From an uncultured delta proteobacterium (GTDB lineage: Bacteria; Desulfobacterota; Desulfomonilia; UBA1062), in NCBI GenBank assembly GCA_963798485.1, contig CAWCTR010000019.1, forward strand, positions 1 to 32,634: 32,634 nucleotides of DNA. Reading direction: 5' to 3'. Shown here piece by piece: positions 8,394-17,060 of this stretch (its first letter is position 1; each line of letters opens with the position of its first letter). Below the pieces are notes generated by a model, which made no database searches, had not been told where the DNA came from, and worked only from the letters and a program-made list of their open reading frames with translations. The translations under genes and the position numbers were made by a program.

Positions 8394-10429
8394 GAACACC
8401 TCCTGATCTTGACAGAGCACCCTTTAAGCTCGGGGATCTCCGAAACAGGGTCAAAGGCGGAGTTCGTGAGCTTGTTGACCGGGGCCTCCCGGTAGTGGAA
8501 TGTGGTGAAGAGGACCCTCTTGGGCACCCTGGGCGTAACCTCCGCCTTGAGCTGGATGGTGCCCCTGCGGGACTCCACCTCCACCATGTCGTTGTTTCTT
8601 ATACCGAGCTTCTTGGCGTCTTCGGGATTGATCTCTATGAGGGCCTCAGGGGCCTCGCGTTCCAGTATGTTGATGCGCCTTGACATGGTGCCTGTGTGGT
8701 ACTGGTAATAGACGCGGCCTGTTGTGAGGGTGAAATCATACTCCTCGTCCGTCATTTCCGCCGCAGGTCTATACTCGCACGGCAGGAACGTTCCTCTGCC
8801 CTTGGTAAACTGGTCTCTGTGGAGGAAGACCGTGCCCGGGTGATCCTCATTGGGACAAGGCCACTGAAGGCCATATCCCTTTGCAAGACGCGTATAGGTG
8901 ATACCTGCATACGAGGGGGTAAGCATGTTGATCTCAGACATGATGTCAGCTGGTCCGCTGTAATCGGATTTCAGGCCGCACCTTTTTGAGATCTCGGAGA
9001 TGATTTCCCAGTCCGCACGGGCTTGCCCCGGGGGTGATACGGCCTTGCGTGAGAGCTGGACCCTCCTCTCCGTGTTGGTATAGGTGCCTTCCTTTTCTGC
9101 AAAGGAGGCGGCCGGCAGCACCACATCGGCAAGGGCTGCTGTTTCCGTAAGGAAGATATCCTGGACAACAAGGAAATCGAGGTTGGAGAGTGAATGCTCG
9201 ATATGGGTAGTATCCGGGTCGCTTAAGAGGGGGTTTTCTCCCATGATGTACAGCGCCTTCAAGTCTCCTTTGTATGCGGCATCCATCATGCCGGGGATGG
9301 TAAGGCCCGGGAGGGGGTCAAGACCTTCCACACCCCATGCATCCTCAAACTTTTTTATCGTGGCAGGATCGTTCACCCGTTGATACCCGGAAAATGCCCC
9401 TGGGAGGGTTCCCATGTCACAGGCCCCCTGTACGTTGTTCTGGCCCCTTAAGGGATTTACCCCGTTGGCATGCCTGCCCACGTGTCCGGTGAGCATGGAG
9501 AGGTTGGCCAGGGTCTTCACATTGTCGGTTCCGGTGATGTGCTGGGTTATACCCATGGCATAGACGATCATGGCCTTGTCCGCCTGGGCATACATGACTG
9601 CTGCACGATAGAGCTCTGATGAGCGTATGCCGGTGATCTGCTCTGCTACCTTTGGGGTATACCTGCTTACCAGGCCCTTCAATGCATCGAAGCCCTCGGT
9701 CCTTGTCTCAACGAACTGCTTGTCATAAAGGTCTTCCATGATGATGATGTTCATAAGCCCATTGTATAGCGCTACCTCGGTACCTAAATTCTGCTTCAGA
9801 TGGAGCTTGGCAAAGGAAGACAGCGGTATCTCCCTCGGGTCGATAAGGAGTATCTTGGCGCCTTTCTCCTCCACTGCGTTTATTATCCTACTGCCGATGA
9901 GCGGATGCTGTTCCGTGGTATTTGATCCGGTTACCAAGAAGAGGTCTGCATCTTCGAACTCGGCAATGGAGTTCGTCATGGCCCCTGATCCGAATGTTGC
10001 GGCCAGACCGGCCACAGTGGCGCTGTGTCAAAGCCGTGCACAGTGGTCAACATTGTTTGACTTGAATCCTGCCCGCACCATCTTCATGAAGAGGTAATTC
10101 TCTTCATTACTCACCTTGGCAGAGGAGAGGAACCCCAATGAGTTCAGGCCGAACTCTTTCCTGATGCCTGCAAGCCGTGAATATACAAGATCCAGGGCCT
10201 CTTCCCATGTGCTTTCAACAAGTACGCCGTCTTTCCTGACCAGAGGCGTTTTCAACCGCTCAGGAGAGCCGATGAACTCAAAGGAGTTCCATCCCTTGGC
10301 GCAGAGCATTCCTTTATTCACAGGATTGCCCGGATTGGGCTCCACGCCTACAACCTTTTCTCCTTGCGTTACGAGATAGAAATTGCATCCGCATCCGCAG
10401 AATGGGCATATGGTAGGAATCTTTGCCAT
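8390..10429 (-). CDS. fdhF: Selenocysteine-containing Mo/W formate dehydrogenase catalytic subunit (679 aa, Sec134)
   Basis: N-terminal CPFCGCGC...C Fe-S motif. VDHCARL-UGA-HSATVAGL is in frame across the two track ORFs (UGA at 10030-10028). LRGQNNVQGACD, EKEGTYTNTERRVQ and a C-terminal molybdopterin-dinucleotide domain are present. Confidence 0.95.
9998..10030 (-). promoter_or_regulatory. Sec UGA codon plus bacterial SECIS hairpin
   Basis: UGA + 11 nt + UGUGGCC-GGUCU-GGCCGCA, with the same spacing and apical GGUCU as the E. coli fdhF SECIS. Confidence 0.88.
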
Positions 10430-10431
10430 GG

Positions 10432-11274
10432 CTATATGGCCTCCTTTATGTGCTCGACCTCGGTAAGGTTGAAGACCGGGCCATCGGTGCAGCAATACAT
10501 GTTTCCAATGGCACAGTGCCCGCATTTTCCCACGCCGCATTTCATCATACGCTCCAGCGACATGTAGATATGTTCTTTGGAGAAACCAAGCCTTATGAGT
10601 TTTTCCACCACGAAGCGGTACATGACCGGAGGGCCGCACAAAACGGCATAGGTGTCTGCCGGAGAAAGCGCCGTGCGGTCAAACAGACCCGTCACCACAC
10701 CGACATACTGTTTCCAGATGCCCTCATCGTCCCGGTCCACGCTGTAGAGGTATTTGATGTCATCCCTGTCGAAAAAGCTCAAGAGCTCATACTTGAAGAG
10801 CACATTTTCCGGGCTGTTTGTCCCGTACATGAGGATGAGATCGCCGAACTCGTCCCGTCTGTCCAGGACGTACAGCAGCAGAGACCGCAAAGGGGCAAGC
10901 CCCAGGCCACCGGCAACGAGCAGAAGATTGTGCCCTTTCAACGTTTCTACCGGAAAGCCCCTGCCATAGGGGCCACGGATGTGCAGCTTTGAGCCCTTGC
11001 CCATCTCAAACAGCGCATTCGTCAGTTTCCCTGCGCGGCGCACACAGATCTCCAGCGTGTCACACCGGGTTGGGGACGACGATATGCTGATGGGCGCCTC
11101 TCCCCTGCCGAAGATGGAGACCTCAATGAACTGGCCCGGTTGATGACCGAACTCATCCCAGCTGCAGCCGTTGTCGAGCTTGAGCTGAAAAAGCCGGTGA
11201 TCGGATATCTGCGGCAATGTCCTTGAAATGGTAACGGGGCGCAGTTCATATATGTTCTGCGAGTGATCGCCCAT
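10432..11274 (-). CDS. AsrB / sulfhydrogenase-gamma (HydG) / FlxA-like FAD-NAD(P)-binding [2Fe-2S] protein
   Basis: PGQF, GEAPISISS, RGPYGRGF, AGGLGLAP, CGPPVM and ERMMKCGVGKCGHC...CTDGPVF motifs; start ATG 11274 after GGAGGAGG. Confidence 0.92.
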   Translation of the reverse strand: MGDHSQNIYELRPVTISRTLPQISDHRLFQLKLDNGCSWDEFGHQPGQFIEVSIFGRGEAPISISSSPTRCDTLEICVRRAGKLTNALFEMGKGSKLHIRGPYGRGFPVETLKGHNLLLVAGGLGLAPLRSLLLYVLDRRDEFGDLILMYGTNSPENVLFKYELLSFFDRDDIKYLYSVDRDDEGIWKQYVGVVTGLFDRTALSPADTYAVLCGPPVMYRFVVEKLIRLGFSKEHIYMSLERMMKCGVGKCGHCAIGNMYCCTDGPVFNLTEVEHIKEAI

Positions 11275-11325
11275 ATGGACCTCCTCCAATCAAAGGTGGG
11301 CTGAAAAAGAAGCTGCCATTTTTAA

Positions 11326-11341
11326 GGCAATTTCAATACCA
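11326..11341 (-). promoter_or_regulatory. Sigma54 -24/-12 promoter of the FDH operon
   Basis: The minus strand reads TGGTAT-TGAAA-TTGCC, about 50 bp upstream of the ATG at 11274. Confidence 0.75.
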
Positions 11342-11404
11342 TCTGTTTAACTATAAGTAATTATAGATAAAATGGTGTTAACAGATGACACCATGCCGTG
11401 ATGG

Positions 11405-11442
11405 TGGGGTATCTTTCCCCAGTGGAGGGGAGGAATTACCCT
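11405..11442. promoter_or_regulatory. Tandem W-GGGG-N7-CCCC-W boxes, putative enhancer (UAS)
   Basis: TGGGGTATCTTTCCCCA (11405-11421) and AGGGGAGGAATTACCCT (11426-11442) start 21 bp apart, 64 bp upstream of the -24 element. Confidence 0.7.
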
Positions 11443-11540
11443 GATTGCAGGAGTTATCACGGATTTTACACTTAATAGTTCTTCTCTGTACAGTATACTC
11501 TTTTCTTCACTCATAACCCAAGCCAAGGGGAAGTCAGTCA

Positions 11541-11644
11541 GTAGGTTGGGTTGAGGAACGAAACCCAACACATCAAGATCTGAATATTTAAATGGATTCT
11601 ATTTTAAGTCTTGTTGTTGGGTTTCACAAGTTCAACCCAACCTA
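11541..11644. repeat. Inverted REP pair (REPIN-like)
   Basis: GTAGGTTGGGTTGAGGAACGAAACCCAACA (11541-11570) and an inverted variant TGTTGGGTTTCACAAGTTCAACCCAACCTA (11615-11644) flank a 44-bp AT-rich spacer. Confidence 0.8.
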
Positions 11645-11685
11645 ATTGCTATGATATTCAATGAAGGCATGTTATAATTAGCGAT

Positions 11686-11958
11686 ATGAAATTCGAATGG
11701 GATCTGAAGAAAGCTTCATCAAATATGAGAAAGCACAAGGTTTCGTTCGAAGAGGCTGCAACGGCAATGAAGGACCCGATGTCTGCTACAGGTGCTGATC
11801 CTGACCATTCAATCAGTGAGGATCGGTTCATTACCTTCGGCGTCTCAAGTCAAGGCCGTTTGTTAGTGATATCTCATACCGATAAGAATGGTGTTATTCG
11901 AATCATAAGTGCTCGCGTAGCGAGTAAAGGAGAGCGAAAGATCTATGAAGAAGGCTAG
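11686..11958 (+). CDS. brnT: BrnT-family toxin
   Basis: MKFEWD..K...N.RKH.VSFEEA, DPDHS..EDR.I..G and IRIISAR.A...ERK.YE motifs. Confidence 0.9.
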   Translation: MKFEWDLKKASSNMRKHKVSFEEAATAMKDPMSATGADPDHSISEDRFITFGVSSQGRLLVISHTDKNGVIRIISARVASKGERKIYEEG

Positions 11959-12211
11959 CGAAACTCAAAAGGACGAATTGCGTACCGATTACAAAATATC
12001 GGATTTTCCCGGTGGGTTGGTGCGTGGCAAATACGCGAAACGTATGAGTGAGTCTTCAAATATTATTGTTCTTAAACCCGAAGTTGCTGATGTCTTCCCA
12101 AACGAAGAAGCAGTCAATAGCGCGCTTCTCTCGTTAATTGAACTTGCGAATAAAACTACACGTGTATCAAAACGCACAAGCGGACGCGCGAAAAAGCTAA
12201 GCGCCGGTTAG
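11945..12211 (+). CDS. Putative antitoxin paired with BrnT
   Basis: Overlaps brnT by 14 bp; DELR.DY...VRGKYA...VL.PEVA.VFPN.EAVN.AL pattern typical of BrnT partners. Confidence 0.75.
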   Translation: MKKASETQKDELRTDYKISDFPGGLVRGKYAKRMSESSNIIVLKPEVADVFPNEEAVNSALLSLIELANKTTRVSKRTSGRAKKLSAG

Positions 12212-12213
12212 AT
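12162..12213 (+). mobile_element. Degenerate attC-like site at the 3' end of the TA module
   Basis: GTGTATC-AAAACG-CACAAGCGG-A-CGC-GCGAAAAAGCTAA-GCG-CCGGTTAG is an imperfect hairpin with one bulged base. The R'' box is decayed and the R' box is absent. Confidence 0.4.
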
Positions 12214-13554
12214 TTATACCACGATATAACTCTTGATAAAGCTCTCCAGGTCGGATGCCTCTTCAGGCCCTACCATCACCTGCCAGCCGGGAAGGTTGTC
12301 TTCCAGTTCGCCGCTTATCTGTGCGACATAGCCCGGTATGACGATCCGGCGCGTCTTCACCTGCGCTTCGAGGTTGGTATCTATGACGAATTTGGCTATG
12401 CCCGCGGCAGAGAACTTGCCTGCGGCCCAGGCGGTGAGCACGCTCATGCCCTCACATTCCGGCACGACCAGCCAGGCGCTGATGCCGCTGTTCTCGATCT
12501 CGCCCGTTACGATGAAATAGGTGAGCGAGAAATTCGTGGTGACAAAGACAGGCGAATCCGGCGTGGGTTCGCCGATTGCGTACACCTTGGGCTCTACCTG
12601 GATGGGCTTCTGCGGGTCGGTATAGATGTTGAGCCGGAGTGTCATGAGCGTTGCCAGCTGGGAGGCATTGAAGGACGGCAGGACGCAGATGCTCCCGTAC
12701 TTGGTGATATCGGTGACGGCGGCAGTGGTGTCGTCCATGAGGGTGCCGGTGTCGATGAAGTGCACAAAGGGGAATCCCAAGGGCTTGAAATTGTCCCTGA
12801 TGGCCGAGCGCCTGGCAATGGTATTGGTCTGGAGATGCTCTGAAAGGGAATAGGTTTCCCACCCAAGCAGGAGGTTGTGAAAGCCGTTTTCACGATGCCT
12901 TGATGAGAGCTCGACCAGTGAATCCATGTCCGGTGCTGTGAGTGAGAGGGCATGGTCCTGTTCCCTGGCAAAGGTTGCGAGCGTGTCTGCTGCGAGTGCA
13001 TCCGGGGCGCAGAGGATGCTGTGCGAGCCCTGGATGAGGGAGGCTGCATCCTGGATGGCGCTAATGGTTTTGCCGCGCAGGATCAAAGGTTTACCTGTTA
13101 TTTCCCATGCTTTGGCAACAAGTTCACAAAAGGCTTTTTCATCGGAAGAATGCTGGGTTATGGCCACCATGCCGATGGTCAGCGATTCACCCACGCGTTC
13201 GAGCACGTAATCCCTGATGGATCCAAGGGTCCGGTCCTGCTTGGCCGTCTCATCCGTGTCATCGATGTTGATGGCCAGGATAGTGGGGTTTACAAAGGTC
13301 TTATCATGCCGGTACAGAACGGTCTCACCGCCTGCTGTAAGCCCTTTGTCAGTGCCCAGCACGATTGATTTTACCGGGGGTTCGTTGGCAAGCCCCAGGA
13401 CGCGTTTGGCCTCATCGGATGCGTACGGGCATTCCTTGATATCCGCCTTTTTCGCTGCCAGTTTCATGGCAAAGGCCAGGCAGGTGTTCGACCCGCATTC
13501 CTTGCAGTTGGTCTGGGGCAGAAGCTTCTGTATCGCTAGACCGCTCAGTGCCAT
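12214..13554 (-). CDS. acsC: Corrinoid iron-sulfur protein large (gamma) subunit
   Basis: LPQTNCKECGSNTCLAFA...CPY Fe-S domain; GGETVLYRHDK, RLNIYTDPQKP, TTNFSLTYF and GMSVLTAWAAGKF motifs. Confidence 0.96.
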   Translation of the reverse strand: MALSGLAIQKLLPQTNCKECGSNTCLAFAMKLAAKKADIKECPYASDEAKRVLGLANEPPVKSIVLGTDKGLTAGGETVLYRHDKTFVNPTILAINIDDTDETAKQDRTLGSIRDYVLERVGESLTIGMVAITQHSSDEKAFCELVAKAWEITGKPLILRGKTISAIQDAASLIQGSHSILCAPDALAADTLATFAREQDHALSLTAPDMDSLVELSSRHRENGFHNLLLGWETYSLSEHLQTNTIARRSAIRDNFKPLGFPFVHFIDTGTLMDDTTAAVTDITKYGSICVLPSFNASQLATLMTLRLNIYTDPQKPIQVEPKVYAIGEPTPDSPVFVTTNFSLTYFIVTGEIENSGISAWLVVPECEGMSVLTAWAAGKFSAAGIAKFVIDTNLEAQVKTRRIVIPGYVAQISGELEDNLPGWQVMVGPEEASDLESFIKSYIVV

Positions 13555-16500
13555 TCTGCCTGCCTCCCATCCATCAGGCTCATGATGGTTTTCTTCAGCG
13601 ACATGGCAGCCTGGGGGTTATACATGATCATGATTGCAGCGCCGGCGTACAGCAAGGAGGTCGCTGTGGAGAGCTCCCACAGCGCGGCGCGCTCGGCCAG
13701 GTCGCCCCATGCGGGGAAGTCCGATTCCGGGGCGCGCAGTTCCTTGATCTTCGCACACTCCTGGCCCGGCGAGACGATCATGGGGGAGGCCAGCATCTTG
13801 TCGCCGCCCAGACCGGTCAGGCGGATCCGTTCCATGACGGAATAGGTGTATTCGATGCCGTAACCGATGGCGCTGGTGACGGGATCCACAACGATCCTCT
13901 CGGCCGGGATGTTCATGTTGGCGAGCAGGATGTTCAACTGTTTGCCAATATTCACGTCAATGGGGCTCTGGGCCACAATGGTGTGCCCATAGGCCAGGGC
14001 CGCTCCGGCGATGGTCCGGTAATTATCCTGCTCCACCCAGCTCAGAAGGAGGTTCTCACCCGCACACCCCCTGGCGATCTCCTTCATGACCTCGTTCATC
14101 TTGTCATAGTGGCTGTGCCCGGTGATGATCAGCGGGACATCCACTGCGGCGAGCACGGATTTAACCACATCGAGCGCCTCCTGGGGTGAACGGTTCCCCT
14201 TCTCGGGGTGGGTGCCGTCGAGCCTTACACTGATGAGGTCTGCGCCGTATTTTTCCACGCACGCCCTTGCCATCTCCACAGGGTTGTCAAGCAGGTCTCC
14301 CCATACCGTGCGTAAGACTTGGGGATATTTGGGGCTGACCTTGTCAAAGACCTCAAGCGCCACGAGCGGGCGGTTTTTCATGGTCCCTTCCCAGAGGTGG
14401 AGCGGCATGGCCGTGTCCCCGCCTATGGTGCAGGTGCGGCCGCGCGTGCCTCCCTGAGCCTTTGCAGCGCCCAGCGTGACCTCGTACACGGCCTGCTCGC
14501 AGGTCTCCTTCCGCAAGGGTACGGATTTTATGGCGGCTATGCGATCCTGGGCAGTAGGCCTGCTCACCTCGGTTGCCGTTTTTTTGCCTGAAGGCTTATC
14601 GAGATTCATCGATGCAATCACCTGGTCCGGCAGCCTGGTTTCCGGAAACCGTTTGCTCAGGACATTGATGATATCGCCCACAATATCCTGGGTGAAGGTC
14701 TGTTTGATTTCAGCCTTGATCTGTTCGATGAGCTCGGCCTTTAATTGTGCAATCTGGTCCTGAGAATATAAGGTATCAGACCCCTGCGGCCTGGCTACAG
14801 GCACGGGGTCCGCGGCCTTCTTTTCCTTGGCTGTTTCTCGGGACGTACTTTCAGCAGGTACGGAATCATGGCTTGCAAAGTCTGCGATATCGCCCATCTC
14901 GATTGCAGGGTGCTTCACCTTTTCCAGATAGTCTCTTATGTCCTTGGGATCGATGGCGACCGTTTCATCAGGTATCCGGTCGAGTAGGCCCGGCGCTCCC
15001 TGTTCCTCGAAGCGCCTCTTCAGGTCCTCTCCGAGCATGTTCTTCAGGCCCTTTGTCATCCAGACAAGGCGCTTATGGCCCCCTTCGGCAAAGAGGAACT
15101 TACGGGAGGTGAGAAAGACTTTTCCACAACCCATGAAGCCCGGGGTCTGCTGGCCGCCGCCGACGTTGCCCGCCAGGGTGGAAAAGCTCATGCCTGCCGG
15201 TGTGTCGCCTGTATATTCGCGGTTCACGGCCATGATCCCGTTGCACTCGGGTACTATTGCGCAGATGACCTCGAAGCAGCCGCAACTGGTCATGGGCCGG
15301 TCCATGATGGAGTAGGCGCAGACTGACTCGATGGTTTTATGCGAGGAAAGGTACACGTATTCATCGACGCCCTTCCATACGCCGCGCACCGGGTCGAGAC
15401 ACTCGCCCTTTTTCACCGGCTGGTTCGGGCCGGTCTCGTCGATCTCAAAGGCAGCCCTGGCATCGAGCCAGTTGTAGGCGCCGCAAAGCCCAAGGCGTTC
15501 AGGGGTGACCACGCAGACGTGATTCGGTGCAAAGGACTGGCATAGCAGGCACGAGTAGAAGATATCCACATTCTCGTCCGTCATGGATTCCAGGCGGCGG
15601 TTGCGCTCCACATAGGTGCCCCGCGCTTTTGCCAAGCGTCTTTCCACCTCGTCCTTGTCAGTGATGAGGGTGACCTTCACCTTGTCCACAATGGCAGGGT
15701 AATTCGACAACAGCTTGGCGTGCAGGATCTCGCCATAGTGCCGCAGCCTCAGGCCCTTTGCGAACCCGCTCTTGGATATGCGCGTCCACACGATATCGCG
15801 CTGGCCCATGTGCCAGATGCCCTCGGCGCCGTTGATGAGGTGGTGGATCTGCCGCTCCAGGATGGCCTCGAAGTCGGTCTGCATCTTTCTGCCTGCCACC
15901 TCCACCCAGATGGCAAGGGGCAGTGCCGCACCTTCAGGGACCTGGTCAACGTCGTCTCCGATGATGTCAATACGGCCGTCTTCGATCTGATCCAAATCGA
16001 CCATGGTCACGAACTCGAAGGCAGGGGTGATGTTGCCCCCGAACTCGACTTGTGTATCCTGCTTGCGGATGCGCTCCCCTTCAAAGGCAGGGCCGTAGGG
16101 GACCGGAATGGGGACCTTTGTTATCTTGACCTTGCAGCCCCTGACCTCAAGGGCCCTGTCCACCATGGTCTCATAGGGCACGCTCGATACCACGTGTTCA
16201 TAGGTGCATATGCCCGTGGGCAGGATCTGCGGGATATCGGTGTCCGCAATGACCGGAAAGCCGTAATTGAGCGCCCCGGCTGCTGCGGCGTATTTCTCAG
16301 CGTCCACCTCGCCAAAGGCCAGCACAAAGGCAAAGATGCGCTCCTTGTTGTATTTCAAGTTGGCCTTGAAATCCCCAGGTCTAACATTCCCGAAGGAAAG
16401 GGCGGACCGGTTGGCAAAGCCAAGGGCATAGATGAGGGCCGAGACATCCTTGCCGAAGGGCACAAGCCTGGTTTCCCAGCCCATCTGGACCCCTTCTTCA

Positions 16501-17060
16501 GCAAGCTGCTCGGCAAACTGCCTGCCATGGGTAGCGCCTGCCATGAATACGTAGATGTTCTTTTCCTGGAGTTCGCGGGCGATCCTGACTGCTATCTCGT
16601 TGGTTGGGGCAGCGCCGGTAATGGCGGCAAACCCGGGGGCCGTGCCGTCAACAAACTCGATGCCGCGCTCGCGCATGATGACATCGCTGGCAGCGCCCAG
16701 CCAGATTCCGGTGGCAGGATCGGGGCCTATGAGGTATTTGCAGGCCTCGATGATCTCGCAGGCAAACAACGTGGCCACACCGGCATCGAGCGTATTGCCG
16801 AGATAGGGCAGCCAGACCTTTTCGGTCGGAGGGGTGCTCAACAGGGACTTTGCCCGTGCAAGGATGCGGCGCATGTCGGAGAGTGTTTCAGCCTTCTCTC
16901 CGGTAAACGAATAGATTACGGGCAGGTGATAGGCAGTATCAGGAAAGGAGACCACGCATGTCTCGCCTTTAGCCCGGATGGCCTCGTCGAGCTTGGCCTC
17001 GGCGCGGGCCACCCATTCTATGGCGCCGTTGATGGCGCTTGAACAGATCAGCTTAGACAC
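13545..17060 (-). CDS. acsB-acsD: Acetyl-CoA synthase fused to CFeSP small (delta) subunit, 1171 aa
   Basis: aa ~1-725 is AcsB (FPDTAYHLP, GPAFEGERIRK, FYSCLLCQSFAPNHVC...LGLCG, MTSCGCFE, HPAIEM). A ~120-aa linker follows, then AcsD (EVTLG...GG, ALEVFD, SPIDVNIGKQLN, IGYGIEYTYSVMERIR, WELSTA). Confidence 0.93.
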   Translation of the reverse strand: MSKLICSSAINGAIEWVARAEAKLDEAIRAKGETCVVSFPDTAYHLPVIYSFTGEKAETLSDMRRILARAKSLLSTPPTEKVWLPYLGNTLDAGVATLFACEIIEACKYLIGPDPATGIWLGAASDVIMRERGIEFVDGTAPGFAAITGAAPTNEIAVRIARELQEKNIYVFMAGATHGRQFAEQLAEEGVQMGWETRLVPFGKDVSALIYALGFANRSALSFGNVRPGDFKANLKYNKERIFAFVLAFGEVDAEKYAAAAGALNYGFPVIADTDIPQILPTGICTYEHVVSSVPYETMVDRALEVRGCKVKITKVPIPVPYGPAFEGERIRKQDTQVEFGGNITPAFEFVTMVDLDQIEDGRIDIIGDDVDQVPEGAALPLAIWVEVAGRKMQTDFEAILERQIHHLINGAEGIWHMGQRDIVWTRISKSGFAKGLRLRHYGEILHAKLLSNYPAIVDKVKVTLITDKDEVERRLAKARGTYVERNRRLESMTDENVDIFYSCLLCQSFAPNHVCVVTPERLGLCGAYNWLDARAAFEIDETGPNQPVKKGECLDPVRGVWKGVDEYVYLSSHKTIESVCAYSIMDRPMTSCGCFEVICAIVPECNGIMAVNREYTGDTPAGMSFSTLAGNVGGGQQTPGFMGCGKVFLTSRKFLFAEGGHKRLVWMTKGLKNMLGEDLKRRFEEQGAPGLLDRIPDETVAIDPKDIRDYLEKVKHPAIEMGDIADFASHDSVPAESTSRETAKEKKAADPVPVARPQGSDTLYSQDQIAQLKAELIEQIKAEIKQTFTQDIVGDIINVLSKRFPETRLPDQVIASMNLDKPSGKKTATEVSRPTAQDRIAAIKSVPLRKETCEQAVYEVTLGAAKAQGGTRGRTCTIGGDTAMPLHLWEGTMKNRPLVALEVFDKVSPKYPQVLRTVWGDLLDNPVEMARACVEKYGADLISVRLDGTHPEKGNRSPQEALDVVKSVLAAVDVPLIITGHSHYDKMNEVMKEIARGCAGENLLLSWVEQDNYRTIAGAALAYGHTIVAQSPIDVNIGKQLNILLANMNIPAERIVVDPVTSAIGYGIEYTYSVMERIRLTGLGGDKMLASPMIVSPGQECAKIKELRAPESDFPAWGDLAERAALWELSTATSLLYAGAAIMIMYNPQAAMSLKKTIMSLMDGRQAEWH

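Noticed and set aside
8390-10429. FDH as a split gene or pseudogene
   Set aside because: The UGA is at the catalytic Cys/Sec position and is followed by a canonical SECIS.
10430-10639. 70-aa N-terminal extension of the FDH ORF in the track
   Set aside because: It overlaps the HydG-like gene. The real start is ATG 10429 with an AAGGAGG RBS, and no Tat motif is present.
7371-11274. Anaerobic sulfite reductase or NiFe sulfhydrogenase call
   Set aside because: There is no AsrC siroheme subunit and no hydrogenase large or small subunit; the catalytic partner encoded here is FDH.
15720-17042. 440-aa plus-strand ORF and many similar shadow ORFs (e.g. 2058-2903, 4623-5426, 13548-14189)
   Set aside because: They are antisense to well-supported genes and are explained by codon bias in GC-rich coding DNA.
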